From NCBI GenBank assembly GCA_963841735.1, contig CAWJDT010000001.1:800001-864000 (forward strand): 64,000 bases of DNA, written 5' to 3'. The notes under the pieces were generated by a model that did no database searches, had not been told where the DNA came from, and worked only from the letters and a program-made list of their open reading frames with translations. Origin of the DNA: an uncultured Actinomycetes bacterium (GTDB taxonomy: Bacteria > Actinomycetota > Thermoleophilia > RBG-16-64-13). This document shows, one piece after another, positions 47,063-58,281 of the stretch; within the stretch, counting starts at the first letter, position 1, and each line of letters opens with the position of its first letter. Position numbers and translations under genes: made by a program.

Positions 47063-48388
47063 TCAGGAGAGGTTGGCGGGCACTCCGGCCAAGCGGGCGG
47101 GGAAGGTGACTGTCACGCGGAGTCCGCCTGAATCGGGGGCGATGAGGTCCACTGTGGCTCCATGAGCGGTCGCGACCGACCTGACTATGGAGAGCCCCAG
47201 ACCGAACCCGCCGGTCTTGCGGCTTCGCGATCTATCGGGGCGGTAGAAACGATCGAACAACCGGTGGACCTCATCGGGCGCGACCACCGGACCGCCGTTG
47301 GCCACCTCCAGCACGATCGTGTCGCCCGCGACCCACGTCTTAACCGAGAACCAGCCGTCGATAATGTTGTGTCTTATGGCGTTCTCGACCAGGTTTGCCA
47401 CCATTCGCCCCAGAAGAGAGCGTTCGCCTTGCACCGGAGCAGGTTGAAGGTCCATCTCCAGCCGGAGCCTAAGGGCGTCGGCTTCGTTGGAGGCAAGGCC
47501 CACTTCGTGGCGGGCTATCTCGTCCAGATCCAGGAGGGTCATCGTGGGAGTGCTCTCGGCGGTGGCGAGAACCAGTAGGCCGTCGATGAGGCTCTCGCTC
47601 CGTTCCACGGCTTCGATGACGGCCGTACCCATGTCCCGCAGCTCCTCCGCCGAGACCTCAGGATTCGCGAGAGCCACGTCGATTTCGGTGCGGATGATGG
47701 TGAGGGGGGTGCGGAGCTCGTGAGAGGCGTTGGCGACGAACTCCCTCTGCGCGTTGAAGGCCTTGTCGAGGCGACCGAGCATGCCGTCAAACGTATCGGC
47801 CAGCTCCTTCAACTCGTCCCGCGGCCCGGTGAGCGCGATGCGTTGGTCAAGGGTGGATTCGGAGAGCCGGCGGGCGGTGTTGGTTATCGCGTGCAAGGGC
47901 TTCAACATGCGGCCGGCCAGCAGCCAGGCAGAGCCAAACGTGATGACCGTCATTATGGCCAGGGCAAGCAGCGATCTGGTCCACAGCTGGCGCAGGGCTT
48001 CGTCTTTCAGCTCGTGCTGGGCCTCTCGGATTAGTTGTGAGGCGGGAACGCCGGTGGTCCCTTGGAAGATCCACAGTTCTCCGCCAAGCCCAGGCGGGTG
48101 GAAGTCGGGATGCGGCTCCAGGACGTCGGGGTCCAAGCCGAAGCGCTCGGCCACCACAGCTCGAGCCTTCTCCGGGGCAACCGCCAGGCTATCGCGGACC
48201 ATGAAGTAGTTGATGGCGATGAGCAGCACACCGGCCAGCAGGAAGAGCGTGCCGTACCAAAGCGTCAGCTTCAATCGAACGGTAAGCCCCTGGAGCCGGC
48301 GCTTCTGAGTCGGCGGTTCTTGGGTGACGGTCGCGGTCGGTCCGACGTCGGGGGCCGCCGACCCCTTATCGGCGCGTCTCTTCTTCAT
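47063..48388 (-). CDS. HAMP sensor histidine kinase (CutS-like)
   Basis: DELKELADTFD, NASHELRTP, NLVENAIRHN, GLGLSIV. Confidence 0.93.
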   Translation of the reverse strand: MKKRRADKGSAAPDVGPTATVTQEPPTQKRRLQGLTVRLKLTLWYGTLFLLAGVLLIAINYFMVRDSLAVAPEKARAVVAERFGLDPDVLEPHPDFHPPGLGGELWIFQGTTGVPASQLIREAQHELKDEALRQLWTRSLLALAIMTVITFGSAWLLAGRMLKPLHAITNTARRLSESTLDQRIALTGPRDELKELADTFDGMLGRLDKAFNAQREFVANASHELRTPLTIIRTEIDVALANPEVSAEELRDMGTAVIEAVERSESLIDGLLVLATAESTPTMTLLDLDEIARHEVGLASNEADALRLRLEMDLQPAPVQGERSLLGRMVANLVENAIRHNIIDGWFSVKTWVAGDTIVLEVANGGPVVAPDEVHRLFDRFYRPDRSRSRKTGGFGLGLSIVRSVATAHGATVDLIAPDSGGLRVTVTFPARLAGVPANLS

Positions 48389-49038
48389 AGTTTGTAGCCA
48401 ACGCCGGGGATGGTTTCGATAAGTGGTGGGTCCCCTATCTTGCGCCGGAGAGTCATGATGGTGACGCGGACCACGTTGGTGAACGGATCGGCGTTCTCGT
48501 CCCAGACCTTCTCCAGCAGCTCTTCTGCACTGATCACCCGACCTTCGGCGGACAAGAGGGCTTCGAGCACTCCGAACTCCTTCTTGGTGAGGCAGAGGTC
48601 GCGGCCTGCGCGCTCGGCGACGTGGCGGGCGGGATCGAGCGAGAGGTCCCCAGCGGAGAGCACCGGCGGCACGGGCGTGGCCGCCCGTCGGCTAAGGGCG
48701 CGGATGCGGGCGACGAGCTCCTTGAGGGCGAATGGCTTGGGGAGATAGTCGTCGGCACCGAGGTCAAGGCCGTAGACGCGGTCGTGGATAGAACCGGCCG
48801 CAGTGAGCATCAGGATACGGCTGAGTGACTGCCTGGCCACCAATTCCTTGCAGACATCGTCGCCGTGGACTTCAGGGAGGTTGCGATCGAGCACCACCAC
48901 ATCGTAGTTGTTGACAGCGGTCTTTGTCAGCGCCGACCGCCCGTCTAGGACAACGTCCACAGCCATTCCTTCGCGGCGCAGTCCGCGCGCGATGGTCTCG
49001 GCCAGCCGCTCTTCGTCTTCGACCAGGAGGACTCGCAT
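48385..49038 (-). CDS. OmpR-family response regulator (CutR-like)
   Basis: MRVLLVED, LDRNLP, DDYLPKPF, WDENADPFTN; ATG 49038. Confidence 0.93.
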   Translation of the reverse strand: MRVLLVEDEERLAETIARGLRREGMAVDVVLDGRSALTKTAVNNYDVVVLDRNLPEVHGDDVCKELVARQSLSRILMLTAAGSIHDRVYGLDLGADDYLPKPFALKELVARIRALSRRAATPVPPVLSAGDLSLDPARHVAERAGRDLCLTKKEFGVLEALLSAEGRVISAEELLEKVWDENADPFTNVVRVTIMTLRRKIGDPPLIETIPGVGYKL

Positions 49039-49330
49039 CCCCTCTCCGATGTTCGGCTCTGGGCCCCCGATGGGGCGATGATACCCTGTCACTTGGTCCT
49101 GCCGCAGTGGGCGTGGCAAATGAATCTAAGCCAGGAGTCTACACACGCTTCGGTAAGGTGGCCGTAAACCCCGGATGTCGTCCCCCACTCAGACTCGTTG
49201 CCTGTCTTTACGGCGCTTTTATTCGCCAGGGGGCATCATGTCGGCACGGAGAGACAAGCGGGAGTTCACCTCAGCAGGGGCCCGGGTACAATACGGGCAC
49301 TGAAGAAGGCACTTCGGGAAGGAATCAGAC

Positions 49331-50551
49331 ATGGCGTATCTAGGCGGAGGAGCTTACCGGGATGCGCGGGCGCGACGGATGTGGCGCGCACTGGCGGCGG
49401 GTCTCGTGGTTGTTGCCCTGCTGGTGACCACCGGTCTTGTTGCGGTGGGGTGTACTTCGGAGTGGGGAGGCAAAGACGACACCACAGTCACGTCGGCGGC
49501 CGTCAACGGGTCCGACGGTTCCGCGGCGGCGACCGGTACGACGCCTCCCTCGGTGAATGTGGTAGTCAGCGGCGACGGTTTGGCCAGCCCTGCGCAATTG
49601 GTCGCCAGCGTTCTGGGCCCTAGTGTGGTCAACATCGCCTCCAGCGGTACCGAGACTGGGTTTGGCGGTCCCGGCTCTCAGGAGTTCGAGTATGCGTTTG
49701 AGGGCTCCGGGGTCATCTATTCGTCCGACGGAATGATTGTCACCAACAATCACGTGGTTACGGACGACAACGGTGATCTGGCCGACAGGCTGGAAGTCAC
49801 GCTGGCAACGGGTGAGAGACTTCCCGCGACCATAGTGGGGACCGACCCCATGACCGACTTGGCCGTAGTGAAGGTGGACGCCGGCATCGAGCTTCCGAGC
49901 GCCATCTTCGTAACCGACACGCCGGAAGTCGGTGAGTATGCCATCGCCCTCGGGAGTCCCCTGGGGTATCAGAACTCTGTGAGCTTAGGCATCGTCTCGG
50001 GGGTGGGGCGTAGCATCGAGGAAGCGCAGGGGCAGGACGGAGTGGCTCTCAACAACCTTATCCAGACCGATGCCCCCATCAGCCCCGGCAACTCCGGGGG
50101 GGCGCTCGCGAACGCCAGCGGCCAGGTGATAGGCATCAACGTGGCCTACGAACCGCCCGCGAGCGGCGCGGTGAGCATCGGGTTCGCCATCCCGTCTGTG
50201 GTGGTGACTCAGATCGCCGATCAGATCATCAGCACCGGCAAGGCGACACATGCCTACTTGGGAGTGAGCACGCGGACGGTCACTCCAGACCTAAAGGAGC
50301 AGTTCAACCTCTCTCGCTCCGCGGGCATCCTGGTAGCCGAAGTGACGTCCGGGGGACCAGCCGCAAGGGCCGGCATCCTCCAGGGTGACATCATCACCAT
50401 GATCGACGGCGAAGAGATGGTGGAGTCCGCCGATGTGCTCGTTGCTATCCGCGACAGAAGACCCGGCGAGACGGTGGAAGTGGAGCTTGATCGGAACGGT
50501 ACGGTGCTCTTGATCAAGGTGATCCTAGAGGAGCGTCCGACCAGTTTCTAG
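49331..50551 (+). CDS. HtrA/DegP-like serine protease with PDZ domain
   Basis: TNNHV, DLAV, QTDAPISPGNSGG, PDZ domain. Confidence 0.93.
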   Translation: MAYLGGGAYRDARARRMWRALAAGLVVVALLVTTGLVAVGCTSEWGGKDDTTVTSAAVNGSDGSAAATGTTPPSVNVVVSGDGLASPAQLVASVLGPSVVNIASSGTETGFGGPGSQEFEYAFEGSGVIYSSDGMIVTNNHVVTDDNGDLADRLEVTLATGERLPATIVGTDPMTDLAVVKVDAGIELPSAIFVTDTPEVGEYAIALGSPLGYQNSVSLGIVSGVGRSIEEAQGQDGVALNNLIQTDAPISPGNSGGALANASGQVIGINVAYEPPASGAVSIGFAIPSVVVTQIADQIISTGKATHAYLGVSTRTVTPDLKEQFNLSRSAGILVAEVTSGGPAARAGILQGDIITMIDGEEMVESADVLVAIRDRRPGETVEVELDRNGTVLLIKVILEERPTSF

Positions 50552-50642
50552 GGGCAGCAGTGCGGCCGTTGAACGCGGGTCCCTTCGCCGTCGCGGCCTT
50601 CGCAGACTGCCTCCACCAGCACGCGTGCCAAGGGCCGCTCAG

Positions 50643-51344
50643 TCATCGCGCGTAGCCCTGCTCACCGATGAGGGGCACGAAAGTGCACCTGAGCATGCGG
50701 GTCTCACGGAAACGGGGTGTGGGCTCGGCGGAGACTTCATCTTCGACAAGGTCTGCGGCCAGCCGTTCGACGAGAAGTAGGTCCTCGGAGTCGCCGGCCC
50801 TTACTGGTATTACCATCCGACCACGCACTGCCAGTTGCGCGCGGAGTGCTTGGGGGACGCGCGGAGCGCCCGCCGTAACCATGATGCCGTCGTAGGGAGC
50901 GCCTTCAGGGAGGCCGAGAGTGCCGTCGCCTATGACAAACCTGACGTTGACATGGCCAAGGCGACGGACGAGAGCTTCGGCAGGTCGCCCGAGCTCGGGC
51001 AAGCGCTCGATGGTGACGACGTGCCCGGCTAGTTCGGCGAGCACGGCGGTCTGGTAGCCGGAGCCCGTACCTATCTCGAGCAGGCGAGATTCCGCGTTGG
51101 GGCGGAGGAGTTCGGTCATCAAGGCCACCATGTACGGCTGGGAGATGGTCTGCTCCATACCGATTGGGAGTGCTCCGTCATCATACGCGGCATAGCGGTT
51201 GGTCTCGGGTACGAAGAGATGACGGGGGACCTTCTCCATGGCTGCCAAGACCCGCAGGTCGTTTACGCCCCGCCCGCGCAACTGCTCTTCTGCCATGCGG
51301 TGCCGGAGGTGTTTGAATTCGGCGTCGGCCGGTTCTGCGCCCAT
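50643..51344 (-). CDS. pcm: Protein-L-isoaspartate O-methyltransferase
   Basis: VPRHLF, QTISQPY, LEIGTGSGY, APYD, FVPL. Confidence 0.95.
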   Translation of the reverse strand: MGAEPADAEFKHLRHRMAEEQLRGRGVNDLRVLAAMEKVPRHLFVPETNRYAAYDDGALPIGMEQTISQPYMVALMTELLRPNAESRLLEIGTGSGYQTAVLAELAGHVVTIERLPELGRPAEALVRRLGHVNVRFVIGDGTLGLPEGAPYDGIMVTAGAPRVPQALRAQLAVRGRMVIPVRAGDSEDLLLVERLAADLVEDEVSAEPTPRFRETRMLRCTFVPLIGEQGYAR

Positions 51345-51419
51345 AATCTTCCTATCAAGTCCCTGGTCGCCCGCCCCGGCTTGGTGCCCGGGCCGTGGTG
51401 GAGGCAGGCCTAGATCGAC

Positions 51420-52019
51420 CTAGCCTCTAAGGATACGCAGGCCCTTGTGTTTGCGCTTGCTTCTGAGGCGGATGCGGTAGAAGAGCAGCACGAGGAAGCA
51501 GGCGACCAGCGCGCCGATAAGAGGCACCAGGACAAAGAGCAAGGTGCCGATGAGCACGGCCACATCTTCGTAGATGCTGATAAGGACAAGGGCCGTATGG
51601 TTGGTGTTCATGCCGGCGCGGCTTGTACGGCGGACATGGTCGGCAAGCCCGGCGATGATCAGACCCAAGACGCCGGCGACCGTTATGGCTATCCAACCCT
51701 CGGCAGCCATGGCCGCGGCGAAGACCATACCTCCCAACACGATCCGGATGGGTCGCATTATGTGATCGCGCGTGGGAGAGACGACAAAGATCTTGTCCAG
51801 GGCCAGCTCGATGACGGCAAGGCTTAGGAGGAGCGCTATGACCCATGTCTTGTCGAGAAAGGCGAACGCTGTTCCATCAAAGACGGGTGCGCTGGCGAAC
51901 TCCAACCGCGAATAGAGGGCCAAGAAGCCGACTGGGAGAAAAGCGCGTACTCCGGTGAGAACGGCTAACCCTGCACCCATGCAAGCGCGGGCGTAGATGC
52001 TGTTGAAGATGACGTCCAA
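51420..52019 (-). CDS. DUF4126-like membrane protein
   Basis: G.RAFLP, E..LDKI, SIYED motifs. Confidence 0.75.
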   Translation of the reverse strand: MDVIFNSIYARACMGAGLAVLTGVRAFLPVGFLALYSRLEFASAPVFDGTAFAFLDKTWVIALLLSLAVIELALDKIFVVSPTRDHIMRPIRIVLGGMVFAAAMAAEGWIAITVAGVLGLIIAGLADHVRRTSRAGMNTNHTALVLISIYEDVAVLIGTLLFVLVPLIGALVACFLVLLFYRIRLRSKRKHKGLRILRG

Positions 52020-52331
52020 GGTGTTGTGCTACCCGCGGCCCTGCTGCATGACGATGTCGACGAACTCCACGGGGCCTCGCTTCTGACAATGAAACTGGAC
52101 TGAAGGTCAGTATACACAAGGGCCGAGCCGTCGCTGGGACCCGCCTCGGGCGGGTAGCCCCGCAATCTGCGGGCGCGCGGCGCCTGGGCCATGGTGTGGC
52201 GGCTGCGACTCGCCGGGGCCGGGGCGGCGTTCGCGGGGGCCCGCGGACGGCGAGGATGCTAGAATCTCTGCGCCGGTCGCGGCGCCCGAAGCGGAAGCCC
52301 ACCCCCAGTGGGCCCCAGCATGGGGTGATGC

Positions 52332-52403
52332 GCCCCCGTAGCTCAGGGGATAGAGCAGAGGTTTCCTAAACCTTGTGCGGAGGTTCGAGTCCTCCCGGGG
52401 GCA
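52332..52403 (+). tRNA. tRNA-Arg (CCT)
   Basis: Cloverleaf: acceptor GCCCCCG/CGGGGGC, anticodon arm GAGGT-TTCCTAA-ACCTT, T arm GGAGG-TTCGAGT-CCTCC; no encoded CCA. Confidence 0.95.
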
Positions 52404-52533
52404 TTTGCTGGATCGCGCCCACATTCGCCCAAATCTAGGCCCGGGCTATGGACTACCGCCGGGTTCTGCACTACGCTTGCAGCTAGATATCTGAGCAAGC
52501 ACGCCACAGACACTTGGCCCCAGGAGGGTAACG

Positions 52534-54210
52534 ATGCTCTGTACAAATTGCGGTCAGGCGATCGAAGAAGGAGTGGCATTCTGCACGAACTGCGGTGCTC
52601 CTGCTCTACCGGCCCCGGCCACGCCGCCGTCTCCGCCGAGTTTCGCGCCACCTCCACCAAGTTTCGCGCCGCCCCCACCGGCCCCTCCGGCAATGGGCGG
52701 ATACGGCGTGGGTTGGCAACCTCCGCAGGCTCCGCCACCGGCGGGGCGCAACCGTACCGGCCTGATCATCGGTTCGGTGGTAGCGGGAGTGGTCGTCTTG
52801 GCGGGGTTGGGGGTCGGTCTGTACTTCGGCCTGCGGGGTGACGACTCCGACAACACCAGCTCCAGCAGGACCACCGTCACTTCGCACTCCACCAGCTCCT
52901 CCGGCTCCACCTCTACCACCGAGGCAGCCTTCGTTCAGAAAGAAGGGGAGATCTTCCTTGAGCCGGTAGGGATGGCCGGTCCGGACTCGTTCGGTGGCGA
53001 GACCTTCGTGCCAGCGGTCCCGATGCCCACGCCCAACATCTTCACTGCCGGCTCCCAGATTCCCGGGGCGACGACTACCGTGCTCGGCGGGGTATTGACC
53101 ACGGTGCTGGGCGGTCCTACCACCACTCTGGCTGTGACCACCAACACGACCGCCGGAGGAGGTGTGCAGGTTGCCTCCTACAGCGGGGACACCCCTGCAC
53201 TCTACGGCGGGTCGAAGGACAAACAACTTGTAGACAAAGAGGGCCAGCTCGCCTTCTTTGAGAAGAATCCCGAGAAGGCCGCCGCCTTCTGCGCCGCCCT
53301 CAATGCCGATCCCACCTTCAAGTGGAGCGGCGGCACCCAGATACAGCCCTCCCAGCTCCGCGACTACTTCGCCGAGCTCACTCCCATGATGCTCACCCGC
53401 GACACCCGGGTCACCAACCACGGTTTCCGCAACGGCAAGCCCACCCCGCGCCAGTCGGTGTTGCAGAAAGGGCAGATGGTGCTGGTAGACCAATACGGCG
53501 TGCCCCGGGTGCGCTGTGAATGCGGCAATCCGCTCGCTCCGCCCAAACCCGTGCAGAAGACCCCCACGTACACCGGCCCCAAATGGCCTGGCTTCGATCC
53601 GACCACCATCATCGTGGTTCAGCCGACCACGGTGATCATCAACATCTTCGTCGTCGTTGACGTCTACACCGGAGATCCCTTCGACCGACCGGCCGGCACC
53701 GAAGGTACTGAAGACGTGGCGCATGACACCACGGTATGGCAATTGGATGTCGCGATGGTTTGGGACGACGCAGAGCAGCAGCATCACTTCACAGTCAACT
53801 GGACTGGTGCGGTCACCCTCAACCCCGACGACGGGTCACTGAGCGGCGAGGGCGCCGGCCAATGGCACGTGGACGGCGCATGCTGGTATGGAGATACGGT
53901 GAACGGCCAGATGACAGGAGACGGCTCGTTCGGCGTGGAATTCAGCGGTCAACTCGATGACAGCGATCCGGGCCAGGTCCTCACCATATTCCCATTGATG
54001 ACCGACTTCTCGATAGACGGGTCAACCTGGGATCCACCCACCGGGTTGGAGGATGCGCGAGCCGACTTTGAAGCTTCCATAGAGTCGTTGATCGCGTCGT
54101 CGTTCAACACTAACCTTGTGTTTCCACCGATCAACGAGGGCCCCATGACTATTGATATCGCGAAGGATGACTGGACAGGCACCGCTACCTTCGCCCCTTA
54201 CGAGGAATAG
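52534..54210 (+). CDS. Zinc-ribbon / Pro-rich / TM / DUF6777-like surface protein
   Basis: CTNCG..FCTNCG; LTRDTRVTNHGF; VLVDQYGVPRVRCECGNPL. Confidence 0.8.
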   Translation: MLCTNCGQAIEEGVAFCTNCGAPALPAPATPPSPPSFAPPPPSFAPPPPAPPAMGGYGVGWQPPQAPPPAGRNRTGLIIGSVVAGVVVLAGLGVGLYFGLRGDDSDNTSSSRTTVTSHSTSSSGSTSTTEAAFVQKEGEIFLEPVGMAGPDSFGGETFVPAVPMPTPNIFTAGSQIPGATTTVLGGVLTTVLGGPTTTLAVTTNTTAGGGVQVASYSGDTPALYGGSKDKQLVDKEGQLAFFEKNPEKAAAFCAALNADPTFKWSGGTQIQPSQLRDYFAELTPMMLTRDTRVTNHGFRNGKPTPRQSVLQKGQMVLVDQYGVPRVRCECGNPLAPPKPVQKTPTYTGPKWPGFDPTTIIVVQPTTVIINIFVVVDVYTGDPFDRPAGTEGTEDVAHDTTVWQLDVAMVWDDAEQQHHFTVNWTGAVTLNPDDGSLSGEGAGQWHVDGACWYGDTVNGQMTGDGSFGVEFSGQLDDSDPGQVLTIFPLMTDFSIDGSTWDPPTGLEDARADFEASIESLIASSFNTNLVFPPINEGPMTIDIAKDDWTGTATFAPYEE

Positions 54211-54336
54211 CAGGACGACCACAAGACAGGGCCATCGGCCGGCCGCGCATCAGGTCCGCGCTCCGGCCGGTGGTCTGCTTCGGGGGGTATAGTGCACAAG
54301 AAGTGCACGAGCTTCAGCAACGGAGGTGGCTAGAAC

Positions 54337-57300
54337 ATGAGTGATCGTAGAGAGGTCTGCGACCACTCGACCGGCGTGGAGGGTTCTCGCCAGTCTTCAA
54401 TCGAGCCCCGCCCCATGCTTCCTACTGCGCTCGCCTTCTTGCTCGCACTTTTGGCATTTGGGCTCCTAGGGGGCTCACCCGCAAACGCGTTCACGAGCGG
54501 TGCCCCCATCATGTCGGCCTCAGAGGAAGCCTACCCGCCGTTCTGCGTCGTTGGCGCGGACGGCCAGGCCGACGGTTTCTCGGTGGAGCTCATGCGAGCG
54601 GCACTCTCCGCCATGGGGCGCGAGGTGAACTTCCGCACAGGCGTCTGGGGCGAGGTCCGGGGTTGGTTGGAGTCTGGTGAGGTGCAAGCTTTGCCTCTCG
54701 TGGGGCGGACGCCCGAACGCGAGGCCGCCTATGACTTCACTTTTCCCTACATTGCCCTCTATGGCGCCATCGTCGTCCGGGACGACAACACCGATATCCA
54801 AGACATGGCGAGCCTGCGCGGGCGCGACGTTGCCGTCATGCTGGAGGACAACGCCGAGGAGTACCTGCGAAGGGAGGACCGCGGCATTGATATCCAAACG
54901 ACGGCAACCTTTGAAGAAGCTCTCCAAGGCCTGTCCGAAGGCCGGTACGATGCCGTGGTCATCCAACATCTCGTTGCCGTGCGTTTGATACAGGATCTTG
55001 AGATCGCCAACCTTCGGGTGATCCCGGATCCGATAGCAGACTATCGTCAGGACTTCTGCTTCGCCGTCAACGAGGGCGACAAGGATACGCTTGCGCTTCT
55101 AAATGAAGGGCTTGCCCTGGTCATGGCAGACGGGACCTACCAACGACTGTACGGCAAATGGTTCGCCGCTCTCGAGTTGCCCACCGATCGCCGCATCGTT
55201 GTTGGTGGAGACAGCGACTACCCGCCCTACGAGTACCTCGATGAGAACGGACGTCCGGCCGGCTACAACGTCGAGCTCACGCGTGCCATCGCCGAGGCGG
55301 TCGGCTTGGATGTCGAGATCCGTCTGGGGCCATGGGCTGGGGTCCGAAAGGCCCTGGAGCAGGGGGAGAGCGATGTATTGCAGGGGATGTTCTATTCGCC
55401 TGAGCGCGACCTGACCTTCGACTTCAGCCAGCCACATGCGGTGGCTCACGGGGTGGCCATTGTTCGAAAGGGCGACGGCGATCCGCCGGCCGATCTCGAC
55501 GATCTGAGGGGCAAGCGTATCGTCGTGCAGCAGGGGGACATCATGCACGACTTCGCGGTGGACAACGGCCTGTCGGTCACCGCGGTTGAATCCCCGGAGC
55601 AGGCGCTTAGGGAGTTGGCGGATGGTAGCTACGATTGTGCTCTCATGTCCCGGGTGGTCGCCCTCTACACCATCGAGCAGGAGGGGAGAAAGAATCTAGT
55701 CGTAGGCAAGAATTCGCTTCTCTCCTCTGAGTACTGCTATGCAGTCGCGAACGGTCAGGCGGCGCTCTTGGCGGAGTTCGCCGAAGGACTAAAGACTCTT
55801 CAAGACAATGGTGAATATCGTCGCATCTATGAGAAGTGGATGGGCGTCTACGAAGAGTCGTCCCCTGGGCCCCTCGCTATCCTTCGCTACGTTGCCTACG
55901 GCGTCGGCCCCCTGCTCGTTCTGCTTCTGGCGGCTCTGTTCTGGACTCGCTCCCTGCGAAGACAGGTGGCCAGGCGAACTGAGGCCCTGCGCAGCAGCGA
56001 GGAACAATATCGGCTGTTGGCGGACAACGCCGGTGATGTGATTTGGATGATGGACCCCGAAGGTCATCTCACCTATGTCAGTCCCTCCGTCGAGAAGCTG
56101 CGCGGTTACACTGCCGCCGAGGTGATGCAGCAGTCGTTTGAGGAGTTGCTCACTCAGGAATCAGCGGCTATTGCGCTGCCCCGCCTTGCGGAGGCGACTG
56201 AAGCCGCGCGGTCAGGGGGACCAAACGCAGAATTCCGCAGTGAGCTGGAGCAGCCCCGCAAGGACGGCTCGACAGTATGGACTGAGATGAGGATCTCGGA
56301 ACTGCGCAACTCCGCCGGCGAATGGGTCGGCTTTCTTGGCGTGGCTCGCGACATCACTGAGCGCAGGCAGGCCGAAGAGTGGATGCGAGAGCTTGCCTTG
56401 CGCCAGCAGGCTATCTTGGCTGCCGTCCCGGACATCCTCATGGAAGTCGATAACCACAAGGTATATACGTGGGCCAACCATGCGGGGCTCGAGTTCTTCG
56501 GCGAGGATGTCATTGGCAAGGAGGCTTCGTTCTATTTCGAGGCCGAGCAGGACACCTACGGCGTGGTTGCTCCCCTTTTCGCCGGCCGCGAGGCTGTGAC
56601 ATATGTCGAAAGCTGGCAGCATCGCAAGGACGGAGAGACGCGCCTGCTCGCCTGGCTATGCCAGAGTCTTCGCGACGAAGCGGGAAACGTTGTCGGAGCG
56701 CTTTCGTCTGCGCTTGACATCACCGAGCGCAAGCAGATGGAGGAATCTCTCCGCCGCACGCAGTTCGCGGTGGATCACTCATCGGACTTCGTCCACTGGC
56801 TAAGCCCTGAGGGTCGGTTTCTCTACGTCAATGACTACAGCTGCCGCCGGTTGGGCTACTCGCGCGAAGAACTACTGGGCCTGAGCGTCTACGAGATCGA
56901 CCCCAATGCGCCCCGGCCGTGGTCGGACCATTTCCAGGAGATCAGGGAGCGGGGTACTTATGCCTTTGAGTCGTCGTACCGGACCAAGCACGGAGAGATG
57001 ATCCCGGTGGAAGTGACGGTGAACTACGTCAAGTACGGAGACCAAGAGTACAACTGTGCCACTTCTCGTGACATCACCGAGCGCAAGCAGGCGGAAGAGG
57101 CTCTGAGGGACAGCGAAGAGCAACTGCGTCAATCCCAGAAGATGGAAGCTGTAGGCCAGCTGGCCGGCGGTATCGCCCACGATTTCAACAATCTCTTGAC
57201 GGCCATCCTTGGCTACTGCGAGCTGCTGCTCGCGAGTGAGGAGCTCCCAGGCTCGGCGCGAACAGACCTGCAGGAGATCAAGCAGGCCGCCGAGCGGGCC

Positions 57301-58281
57301 GGCGCTCTCACCAAGCAGATACTGGCTTTCTCTCGTCGCCAGGCCCTCAGGCCGGACGTCGTTTCGCTAAACGAGGTTCTCAGCGGAGTGGAGTCGCTGT
57401 TGCGCCGCACCCTGGGGGAGAACATCGATCTTGTCAGTCTCCCTCACCCTGCCCTGGGACATGCAGAGATAGACGTGCATCAATTTGAACAGGTGCTCAT
57501 GAATCTGGCCTTGAATGCCCGGGATGCCATGCCCGCGGGGGGCAGGCTTACCCTGGAGACTGCGAACGTGGAGCTGGATAGGGAGTTCGGCCGGACCCAT
57601 CCAGAGGCGACACCCGGCAGGTATGTGATGCTGGCCGTGTCCGATACCGGGATCGGTATGGACGAGGCCACGCTGAGCCACGTCTTTGAGCCCTTCTTCA
57701 CCACCAAGGCTCCGGGGGAGGGCACGGGCCTCGGGCTGGCAACGGCATACGGCATCGTCAAGCAGAGCCGGGGATACATCTTCGTTCGTAGCGAGCCCGG
57801 CCGGGGTACCACCTTCAGGATATACCTCCCCCTAGTGGCGCTACGAGAGACCGCCGAGCCGGTCGTTCTTCCGGGGCACATGCCCAGCTCGGGGAGCGAG
57901 AAGATAATGGTGGTAGAGGACGAGTCTGCTCTGCGAAGCCTGATCGAGCGCGTGCTCACGGGCGTGGGCTACGAAGTGATATGTTTCGGATCCGCGGATG
58001 AGGCCCTGATCGTTTTGGAGCAAGGCCGGATCGAGGTGGACCTGCTTCTCACCGATGTGGTCCTGCCCGGGGTGCTGCAGGGCAAAGACCTGGTGGACAT
58101 GGTGCAGGTCTCCAGGCCCGAACTGCTGGTGCTCTACATGTCCGGCTATACCCGCGATGCAATCGTCCATAGCGGACGGCTGGACGAGGGAGTCAACTTT
58201 CTAGAGAAGCCCTTCACCCCCGAGGCGTTGGCGAGGATGGTGAGAGAGGTATTGGACCGGCGCGGCGCCTCCGCTCTGTGA
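54337..58281 (+). CDS. Hybrid histidine kinase: two periplasmic-binding domains, three PAS, HisKA/HATPase, REC
   Basis: YPPF/YPPY PBP repeats; DITERK motifs; [19 protein letters not shown]; TDVVLP. Confidence 0.92.
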   Translation: MSDRREVCDHSTGVEGSRQSSIEPRPMLPTALAFLLALLAFGLLGGSPANAFTSGAPIMSASEEAYPPFCVVGADGQADGFSVELMRAALSAMGREVNFRTGVWGEVRGWLESGEVQALPLVGRTPEREAAYDFTFPYIALYGAIVVRDDNTDIQDMASLRGRDVAVMLEDNAEEYLRREDRGIDIQTTATFEEALQGLSEGRYDAVVIQHLVAVRLIQDLEIANLRVIPDPIADYRQDFCFAVNEGDKDTLALLNEGLALVMADGTYQRLYGKWFAALELPTDRRIVVGGDSDYPPYEYLDENGRPAGYNVELTRAIAEAVGLDVEIRLGPWAGVRKALEQGESDVLQGMFYSPERDLTFDFSQPHAVAHGVAIVRKGDGDPPADLDDLRGKRIVVQQGDIMHDFAVDNGLSVTAVESPEQALRELADGSYDCALMSRVVALYTIEQEGRKNLVVGKNSLLSSEYCYAVANGQAALLAEFAEGLKTLQDNGEYRRIYEKWMGVYEESSPGPLAILRYVAYGVGPLLVLLLAALFWTRSLRRQVARRTEALRSSEEQYRLLADNAGDVIWMMDPEGHLTYVSPSVEKLRGYTAAEVMQQSFEELLTQESAAIALPRLAEATEAARSGGPNAEFRSELEQPRKDGSTVWTEMRISELRNSAGEWVGFLGVARDITERRQAEEWMRELALRQQAILAAVPDILMEVDNHKVYTWANHAGLEFFGEDVIGKEASFYFEAEQDTYGVVAPLFAGREAVTYVESWQHRKDGETRLLAWLCQSLRDEAGNVVGALSSALDITERKQMEESLRRTQFAVDHSSDFVHWLSPEGRFLYVNDYSCRRLGYSREELLGLSVYEIDPNAPRPWSDHFQEIRERGTYAFESSYRTKHGEMIPVEVTVNYVKYGDQEYNCATSRDITERKQAEEALRDSEEQLRQSQKMEAVGQLAGGIAHDFNNLLTAILGYCELLLASEELPGSARTDLQEIKQAAERAGALTKQILAFSRRQALRPDVVSLNEVLSGVESLLRRTLGENIDLVSLPHPALGHAEIDVHQFEQVLMNLALNARDAMPAGGRLTLETANVELDREFGRTHPEATPGRYVMLAVSDTGIGMDEATLSHVFEPFFTTKAPGEGTGLGLATAYGIVKQSRGYIFVRSEPGRGTTFRIYLPLVALRETAEPVVLPGHMPSSGSEKIMVVEDESALRSLIERVLTGVGYEVICFGSADEALIVLEQGRIEVDLLLTDVVLPGVLQGKDLVDMVQVSRPELLVLYMSGYTRDAIVHSGRLDEGVNFLEKPFTPEALARMVREVLDRRGASAL

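Noticed and set aside
49150-49225. 11-bp-spaced GTAA/TTTA repeats between the regulator and htrA
   Set aside because: Only 4-bp matches; too weak to call a binding site
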